From Paludibacteraceae bacterium (lineage in GTDB: Bacteria; Bacteroidota; Bacteroidia; Bacteroidales; Paludibacteraceae): DNA of 64,000 nt. The DNA lies in NCBI GenBank assembly GCA_017478225.1, contig JAFVDX010000011.1, forward strand, positions 90,953 through 154,952, read 5' to 3'. This document shows, piece by piece, positions 1 to 5,515 of the stretch; the first letter of the stretch is position 1; every line of letters begins with the position of its first letter. The translations under genes were made by a program, and so were the position numbers. Below the pieces are notes generated by a model. That model was not told the origin of the DNA. It ran no database searches and saw only the letters and a list, made by a program, of their open reading frames with translations.

Positions 1-229
1 CCATCATCGGAAAACGACGAGCAGCAGATATAATAGGACCCATATCACGCTCGTAATCCTTACCATAAAGCACCATTTGGTCAAACTCACGAGACATCTC
101 GTCCAATATATTCTGCTCTATATAATCACTTAACTTGTCTATATAATAAGACTCCTCACCATATAGAAAATATATAGGAGCAAAATTTCCACGCTTCAGA
201 TTTTGTAATATCTCGTCGTAAGTTGACAT
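1..229 (-). CDS. holA: DNA polymerase III delta subunit, N-terminal part (gene continues past window start)
   Basis: Manual reverse translation from ATG at 229..227 gives MSTYDEILQNLKRGNFAPIYFLYGEESYYIDKLSDYIEQNILDEMSREFDQMVLYGKDYERDMGPIISAARRFPMM. This is a typical HolA N-terminus. It is absent from the ORF track because the window edge truncates it. Confidence 0.65.
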   Translation of the reverse strand, partial: MSTYDEILQNLKRGNFAPIYFLYGEESYYIDKLSDYIEQNILDEMSREFDQMVLYGKDYERDMGPIISAARRFPMM

Positions 230-380
230 CCGAAATAATCGCTTATTTACTATTAATTCTTAATAAAACCAATATCTTACAATAACTACACATAAATGCT
301 CTATATAATCCATAAAATCTATTACCTGCATAAAGCAATCTAATGAGCATTTTACGATAAGCACTACCCAATGAGCGCTG

Positions 381-388
381 CAAAGATA
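381..388 (-). promoter_or_regulatory. Bacteroidetes -7 box (TATCTTTG on minus strand), candidate holA promoter
   Basis: Plus-strand CAAAGATA is the reverse complement of the TAnnTTTG consensus. It lies about 150 nt upstream of the holA ATG. Confidence 0.35.
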
Positions 389-419
389 AGGTTATTTTTT
401 TAGTCTTACAATATCTTAC

Positions 420-451
420 AAAAAAACAAGACATCCACCAAAGCGGATGTC
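420..451 (-). terminator. Rho-independent terminator, probably the original tRNA-Pro terminator displaced by the insertion
   Basis: Hairpin GACATCC-N8-GGATGTC at 430..451. On the minus strand it is followed by TTGTTTTTTT. It lies directly outside the left direct repeat. Confidence 0.55.
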
Positions 452-455
452 TTTT

Positions 456-467
456 CTTGTCGAGAAG
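456..467. repeat. Left direct repeat (attL core) CTTGTCGAGAAG
   Basis: Matches 7080..7092 (CTTGGTCGAGAAG) except for one missing G. It corresponds to the tRNA-Pro acceptor 3' strand plus tail. Confidence 0.7.
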
Positions 468-537
468 CATATCTGATTCTCGAACGTTTTTAGACGACCT
501 CAGACGCATCGAAGAGTTTTATCAGGAGTTCAAGCAC

Positions 538-804
538 CTATTCCGAAAGTGACGGTTTGCGCCCTCGGTCGGTAGGCTTGCAGTACAGGCGACCTTTGCG
601 GATAATACATTGGTCATTCTGGTACTCTTGAGGCTTACCATCTTTCGATAGTTTGCTATATAGGTTATTGAGTGCCCCTCTACCTATGCCTAAATCGCTC
701 ACGGCATATTTGTCGAAGAGTGATGCTGGAGAACCGAAGTATTCATGCTTTGGTTCTCTGTTTTCTTTCCATTCGAGGTGGATGATTGTCCTGTTACTTT
801 CCAT
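538..804 (-). CDS. Small (88 aa) putative HTH DNA-binding protein of the element; possible excision/regulatory factor
   Basis: A -7 box (TACCTTTG, plus coordinates 824..831) lies 20 nt upstream of the ATG. The segment SDLGIGRGALNNLYSKL looks like a helix-turn-helix. No family was recognised with certainty. Confidence 0.4.
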   Translation of the reverse strand: MESNRTIIHLEWKENREPKHEYFGSPASLFDKYAVSDLGIGRGALNNLYSKLSKDGKPQEYQNDQCIIRKGRLYCKPTDRGRKPSLSE

Positions 805-823
805 GCTTTATCGTTTTCGGCTG

Positions 824-831
824 CAAAGGTA
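824..831 (-). promoter_or_regulatory. -7 box TACCTTTG for the 538..804 gene
   Basis: Plus-strand CAAAGGTA is the reverse complement of TAnnTTTG. Confidence 0.4.
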
Positions 832-956
832 CAAATAATTTCCGATAAAAGCAAATTTTTTGGTCAAAATATGATTCAAATATGCAAAAAACAATAAAAA
901 ATGCACTTTTTTGCAAAATAATTATATTATTATTTGCATATTCCAATAATTTTTTA

Positions 957-974
957 TACCTTTGCACCAGATTT
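957..974 (+). promoter_or_regulatory. -7 box TACCTTTG plus conserved downstream block (TTTGCACCAGATTT)
   Basis: TAnnTTTG at 957..964. The 14-mer TTTGCACCAGATTT at 961..974 is repeated exactly at 5356..5369. Confidence 0.45.
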
Positions 975-1015
975 GAGAAACAACATTAACATAACTAAAA
1001 ATAGGAGATTTTAAC

Positions 1016-1375
1016 ATGAAAGCGATTGCAACAATGAACAACAACGGATTGAACCAAATGATTTGTGTAAAGGATTCTACAGCAGCAAGGATGAAAGTAA
1101 TCGCACATCGCACAGGCGATGTAGTAATGGCAGCCGCAAAAGCAATGATGATTGAACTCTGGAAAGAGAAAGCCCAAAACGGAGAGGTGGTATTTGCCTT
1201 CACTAAGCGTGACGGTTCTACAAGGATTGCGCGCGGAACTATTAAGTTCGCTGGCTCTATGGTAAACGGACGTGGTGTAAGCCGTGAGTGTTATGCCACT
1301 TGCGCATGGATGGATTTAGAGGATGGTATGAAATGGAAATCTTTTAGATGGAATGACCTCTTATGGGTTGCATAA
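1016..1375 (+). CDS. Hypothetical protein, SH3 beta-barrel (DUF2693/WYL_2-like) pattern
   Basis: The C-terminal pattern FAFTKRDGSTRIARGT...WMDLEDGMKWKSFRWNDL resembles the DUF2693 signature (TKkDGxxRxxxGT ... D.e...WrSFr) as I recall it. A promoter lies upstream. Confidence 0.45.
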   Translation: MKAIATMNNNGLNQMICVKDSTAARMKVIAHRTGDVVMAAAKAMMIELWKEKAQNGEVVFAFTKRDGSTRIARGTIKFAGSMVNGRGVSRECYATCAWMDLEDGMKWKSFRWNDLLWVA

Positions 1376-1471
1376 GCCGCAGCCCATTCCTTTTGTACCA
1401 GATGGAAAGTGTACCACGAAAAATGAAGTGTACCAAAAGAAATAAGACCCACTAATAACCTTTGATATAAT

Positions 1472-2140
1472 ATGACCAAGAAAGCCCTTATATACGCGCG
1501 CACATCATCATCGGGAGCGCAGGAGAATAGACAGAGTACAGACCGACAAGTTTACTCTTTAACGAATTTGATAGAAGCCAATGGTGACGAATTGGTGAAG
1601 ACCTTTGAGGAGCACATTTCTGGAGCGACATTGAACAAGAACCGCGTGCTTCTGAATGAGTGTCTGCAATACGCAGCAGAGAACCAAATCGACATTATCT
1701 ATTTCAGCAGCCTTGACCGCTTAGGACGTGCCATCTGGGAGGTACAGGAGAATATCAAATGGATGCTTGACCATAGAATCAATGCCTATTTCCAGAAGGA
1801 ACAGATGTCGTTATTCATAGATGGCAAAGAGAACCCATTTTTAGCCATTTTCGTGGCAGTTATAGCCACTTGTTCTGCCATTGAGAGGGATAGCATAAAA
1901 TTCCGCTTAAATGATGCCAGAGAGAAGAAAAAGCAAGAGGCATTGCAGGCAGGTATAACGCTCGCTGAGGCTGGGTTTGGAAGACCGAGAGGAACGAACA
2001 AAAGCAAAGACCAGATGCGAGAGGAGTACAAAGAGTGTTTAACTCTATTGCGCAAAGGTTATTCGGTTCGCAATGTTGCTAAGATTACCAGCCGCAGCAA
2101 AACTACCATCCAGAAGTTAAAAGAAACGTTCGATTTGTAG
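1472..2140 (+). CDS. Small serine recombinase (resolvase/invertase family) with C-terminal HTH
   Basis: N-terminal ALIYARTSSSG...STDRQ (catalytic Ser context), then DRLGR, then a C-terminal HTH GYSVRNVAKITSRSKTTIQKL. Length is 222 aa. Confidence 0.85.
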   Translation: MTKKALIYARTSSSGAQENRQSTDRQVYSLTNLIEANGDELVKTFEEHISGATLNKNRVLLNECLQYAAENQIDIIYFSSLDRLGRAIWEVQENIKWMLDHRINAYFQKEQMSLFIDGKENPFLAIFVAVIATCSAIERDSIKFRLNDAREKKKQEALQAGITLAEAGFGRPRGTNKSKDQMREEYKECLTLLRKGYSVRNVAKITSRSKTTIQKLKETFDL

Positions 2141-2222
2141 AACTTAACTCGCAAATGCTGACAAATCGCCTGCAAAATTTACTTTTGTGGGCGATTCTCT
2201 TGCATATATGAAAAAAAAGCAG

Positions 2223-2230
2223 TAATTTTG
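2223..2230 (+). promoter_or_regulatory. -7 box TAATTTTG (a second, TACTTTTG, at 2180..2187) upstream of the LRR cassette
   Basis: Matches TAnnTTTG. It is the only candidate promoter between the recombinase stop and the 2562/2717 genes. Confidence 0.35.
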
Positions 2231-2481
2231 CGCAAAAATTTGTGCAAAGTCATAAGCCTATGGGAAAATAACAATCATGTAGAGACATAACACACAAAAG
2301 CGTTTTTGCTTTATTTGGGACATTCTCAATCTACCACAATTTTGAATCACCGTTCTGGATATATGCAATACGCTCATGCTACGGCGTGGGCTATTCTGTA
2401 TATTGGAGGTGATAGGTGTGGTAGCCTGAGAATTCCAATAGAGTTTCACAGATAGCCTGCGCTTTTCGTATGTGTTGGCAT

Positions 2482-2493
2482 TAACTGAGTTGT
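2482..2493 (+). repeat. TAACTGAGTTGT, copy 1 (direct)
   Basis: Exact 12-mer shared with 3626..3637. The 11-mer core is shared, inverted, with 3995..4005. The core AACTNAGTT is itself dyad-symmetric. Confidence 0.8.
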
Positions 2494-2561
2494 CAAGGCT
2501 ATCGCGGAAGAACCGAACCGCCGTTATAGGAAGTAGGGAAAACTTACAAAATTTCTATAAT

Positions 2562-2717
2562 ATGAAAGACATCGTTATCAATGAGCCGACTATCCTTTTG
2601 CAAGAAGGAAATGTAATTGAGGTATTCAAGAAGTTAGTAAACAACCAAGAAGTTCCAGAAAGCGAAATATCATCTATCAAACAACGTTTTCGTGAACTTG
2701 CTGGACTTAATAAGTAA
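2562..2717 (+). CDS. Small hypothetical protein (51 aa from the first ATG)
   Basis: Its stop overlaps the next start (TAATG), suggesting translational coupling with the LRR gene. The ORF-track start at 2472 is a GTG with no supporting signal. Confidence 0.3.
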   Translation: MKDIVINEPTILLQEGNVIEVFKKLVNNQEVPESEISSIKQRFRELAGLNK

Positions 2718-3628
2718 TGCGTATGAAAGAGAAATTATGTATTTGGTCAATGGCATTAGTGATGGCATTGGCAATGGCGGGATGTAAAGGGAACAACAAT
2801 AACCCAGACGACCCTCAAACAGAAACGGCAGATGCAAAATATATAGGTCATCATGGTTCCTACTATGAAATTGAGATGAAAGATGGTACACGTTTATACT
2901 TTCAAAGAAGGCAAGATTATAAAGATACACCATATTACTTTGCTTTATCAAATGCTGACGAGTACTACTCAGGGTATAGTAATCAATCCGAAATGGCGGA
3001 GCAATATGCGTATAGTGGTAAGTTGACGATTCCATCTTCGGTAACTATAAACACAGGGAATGCCAAAGAAACATATAGCGTAGAAGGGATTAACGGTAGA
3101 GCATGTTTTGCCATGAAGAAACTGCGTGAGGTGTCTCTGCCAACTTCTATCAGGTTTATAGATGGGGAAGCATTTATGGGGTGTTCTTCATTAGAATCTA
3201 TTAATATTCCTGATGGTGTAACTACATTATATTGGGTCTTTATGAATTGCTCGAATTTGAAAAATGTGAATCTTCCAGAAAGCATAATAGATTTACCTGA
3301 GACCTTTGAATGTTGCACCTCACTTGAAACAATTGAACTTCCGAGTAAATTAGAGCGGATGCATAGTGCTTTATATGGGTGTTCTTCCATAACGGCTCTA
3401 TCTATTCCACAATCCGTAACAACCGTAGGAAGTTTAGGCGGTTGTACAAATTTGAAAGAAGTGAAATGCTATGCCGTTGAACCGCCCAGCATAGGGTATA
3501 ATAGCGAAAGTGAGTGGGATAATGCTGTTAAATTTATCTTATACGTACCCAAAGGAAGTATAAGCAAGTATCAGAACAGTTATTGGGGAACAGACTATTT
3601 TGCCAAAGAGATTCGTCCATTAGACTAA
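2717..3628 (+). CDS. BspA-type leucine-rich-repeat surface lipoprotein
   Basis: Signal peptide plus lipobox (LAMAGC). Repeats of the pattern IPxSVTxI..xAFxxCxxLxxI occur, e.g. LPTSIRFIDGEAFMGCSSLESINIPDGVTTL and ELPSKLERMHSALYGCSSITALSIPQSVTTVG. Confidence 0.75.
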   Translation: MRMKEKLCIWSMALVMALAMAGCKGNNNNPDDPQTETADAKYIGHHGSYYEIEMKDGTRLYFQRRQDYKDTPYYFALSNADEYYSGYSNQSEMAEQYAYSGKLTIPSSVTINTGNAKETYSVEGINGRACFAMKKLREVSLPTSIRFIDGEAFMGCSSLESINIPDGVTTLYWVFMNCSNLKNVNLPESIIDLPETFECCTSLETIELPSKLERMHSALYGCSSITALSIPQSVTTVGSLGGCTNLKEVKCYAVEPPSIGYNSESEWDNAVKFILYVPKGSISKYQNSYWGTDYFAKEIRPLD

Positions 3629-3637
3629 CTGAGTTGT
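3626..3637 (+). repeat. TAACTGAGTTGT, copy 2 (direct); begins with the LRR gene stop codon
   Basis: Exact repeat of 2482..2493. Confidence 0.8.
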
Positions 3638-3961
3638 GCGAACCATACAGAAAGGGGTGTGTCGAAGCGGTTGGACGCGCCTCTTTCTATGGTATATAGG
3701 GGTGGTTTTTCTGTAGATTTGCTAAAAATACCATACATTTCGCATAGAGAACCGTACTTGCGAGCGTGAAAAGTCAGAGAAATAGCGGTCGGAGCACAAT
3801 TTGCTTTCCAATATATTTTAAGAGATGTGGGATGCTTTGAGGAGAAAATGGGATAAAATCAGCCATTTTTAGGTACTATTCCTAACTGATTTGAGAAAAA
3901 ATTTCCAGAAAAATTCTCTGGAGAACCATGGTCTTTGAAATAGGGGTGTGTTAATTCTTAG

Positions 3962-4050
3962 TACAGGGAGTACAGGGCAGAAGATACACAGAGGCAACTC
4001 AGTTATCTCAACATAGGGAGGGCTATTATATAGGAGGGCTATGGAGGGAG
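3962..4050. repeat. Short tandem/iterated repeats (TACAGGG x2; GGAGGGCTAT x2 plus GGAGGGAG), iteron-like
   Basis: TACAGGG at 3962 and 3971. GGAGGGCTAT at 4017..4026 and 4033..4042, followed by GGAGGGAG at 4043..4050. The cluster lies just downstream of the Rep-like gene. Confidence 0.5.
3995..4005 (-). repeat. TAACTGAGTTG, copy 3 (inverted; plus strand reads CAACTCAGTTA)
   Basis: Exact reverse complement of the 11-mer core of copies 1 and 2. Confidence 0.8.
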
Positions 4051-4096
4051 CACCTGAATAAATTGCACGAAACAGAACCTTGCAATTCGCTATATT

Positions 4097-5140
4097 TCAA
4101 TATACTATGCCGTTTTTGCGAAGCGAGGGAGGGATGTTTATTATTAGTGGAAGGAGGGCTGGCGATTCAGAATATAATTGTTTTGCATCAGCAAGTTTGC
4201 ATATATCAAAGAGGGAGAACTGCTTATTCCCTTTGCGAAAACGCAATATGCGATGTAGGCTATCATCCAACAAACACAATAGAAAATCATCATCCATTAT
4301 TTTCCACAATATACCACCCGTCTTTAGAAATTGGTAATCTACATTCTCTTTGTAGTCATCCTTGCATTTAAGCAATGCTATCAGTCTTTCATTAAGGTCA
4401 TCATTTTTTAACTCAACTTCGAGCCGATATATAGCACATTTGTTATCGTCAGACAATCCAAGCCACCGATTGATAGTAGAGCGTTTGTCATCATCATCGC
4501 TTACGAAGAGTTCAAAATCTTTATTGTATGTACGAAGTCGAACATCCGAATCCTTTGCCATGCCACAATAAAGAGTGTCCGAGTTTCGGATTTTTCCTCG
4601 GCGACACACATTTTGCATAACGCCAACGCCATCAATAGCCGTAGCGTCATCCTTTTGCCACTCCCGACCACGATAAACCATTTTGAGTGATGTGTCTCGG
4701 ATGGCTGCAAGGATATAGCGAGAGAAGTTTACATGTATGGAAGTAAGGGCAATATCCATCCGAGTAATGTTATTAAACTCCAAATGAAGGCTATCTATTG
4801 CTCCCATCAGATAGCCAATGCCTTCAGAGTCATAAAGCCATTCGTTATGGAGACGCAAGAACGCTTTTCCATATTGGTCTGAAGACACTCCACTATCAGC
4901 GGATGAAGGATAGACAGTAAGGTCTGCTAACATTGTGTATGCACCGTATTCGTTGAGAGTGCCCACGATGGCATCAATACGTAATGAGGATTTTGAGATA
5001 TTAAAAATAAACAACTCTCCATTAGATCCAAAATGATTACGTCCTCCCTTCAACTCATCCCATAATGGGCAGTTGGGGTCTTGCCTGCAACATATCTTCA
5101 ACCAATCCAAGCCAATTCTAACTGCTTTCTGTTTTGCCAT
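4097..5140 (-). CDS. Replication initiation protein, Rep_trans-like (rolling-circle type)
   Basis: Blocks IGLDWLK, ITRMDIALT, VRLRTYNKDFEL and YRLEVELK resemble conserved Rep_trans (replication initiation factor) motifs as I recall them. The start is set at MAKQK (5140) because a -7 box TATCTTTG lies 18 nt upstream. Confidence 0.55.
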   Translation of the reverse strand: MAKQKAVRIGLDWLKICCRQDPNCPLWDELKGGRNHFGSNGELFIFNISKSSLRIDAIVGTLNEYGAYTMLADLTVYPSSADSGVSSDQYGKAFLRLHNEWLYDSEGIGYLMGAIDSLHLEFNNITRMDIALTSIHVNFSRYILAAIRDTSLKMVYRGREWQKDDATAIDGVGVMQNVCRRGKIRNSDTLYCGMAKDSDVRLRTYNKDFELFVSDDDDKRSTINRWLGLSDDNKCAIYRLEVELKNDDLNERLIALLKCKDDYKENVDYQFLKTGGILWKIMDDDFLLCLLDDSLHRILRFRKGNKQFSLFDICKLADAKQLYSESPALLPLIINIPPSLRKNGIVY

Positions 5141-5157
5141 AAATTCTAAAATTTCTG

Positions 5158-5165
5158 CAAAGATA
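5158..5165 (-). promoter_or_regulatory. -7 box TATCTTTG for the Rep-like gene
   Basis: Plus-strand CAAAGATA is the reverse complement of TAnnTTTG. Confidence 0.4.
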
Positions 5166-5351
5166 GCATAAAAGTGGCATATACGCAAGAAATTTGGTCA
5201 GGATTGGATGGGATTTTGGAAGCAGTTCACACCTTATATTAAAAGCGTGGGCGCAGGCGATAACAAAAGAATCGACACATACAATACCTTGAGCAACTTT
5301 TTTACGTAACACTTTCTTGCTCAAGGTATTGCCCATATAACCGAAAAGCAG

Positions 5352-5369
5352 TACTTTTGCACCAGATTT
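5352..5369 (+). promoter_or_regulatory. -7 box TACTTTTG plus conserved block TTTGCACCAGATTT upstream of the large serine recombinase
   Basis: TAnnTTTG at 5352..5359. The 14-mer at 5356..5369 is identical to 961..974. Confidence 0.45.
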
Positions 5370-5515
5370 CAATAACGAATTGCAATGAAGAACATGAGTG
5401 ACATAGATTTTCTGGTGGCTTTGGGGATTACTGAACCTCAGCAGCATGAGCAAATCATTGTTCAGTTAGAGCAGTTCGCACACATGATAATAACCAATAT
5501 AAACAACTTATAGTT

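Noticed and set aside
243-509. 88-aa minus-strand ORF
   Set aside because: It spans the attL repeat, the displaced terminator hairpin and the holA promoter region. It has no promoter or family signal. It is treated as a chance ORF in AT-rich DNA.
3626-4005. The 380-bp segment considered as a MITE with 11-bp terminal inverted repeats
   Set aside because: No target-site duplication flanks it (…GAC | … | TCT…). A third, direct copy of the same 11-mer lies 1.1 kb away beside a serine recombinase gene. Recombinase or regulator sites therefore seem more likely. A MITE is not fully excluded.
4063-4571. Plus-strand ORFs (102, 85 and 69 aa) opposite the Rep-like gene
   Set aside because: They are shadow ORFs antisense to a gene with clear family motifs. 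They are Cys/Ser-rich and low in complexity, with no promoter.
5118-5453. 111-aa minus-strand ORF upstream of the Rep-like gene
   Set aside because: It lies in the divergent promoter region between the Rep and large recombinase genes and overlaps the Rep 5' end. The Rep -7 box at 5158..5165 would lie inside it. No recognisable protein features.
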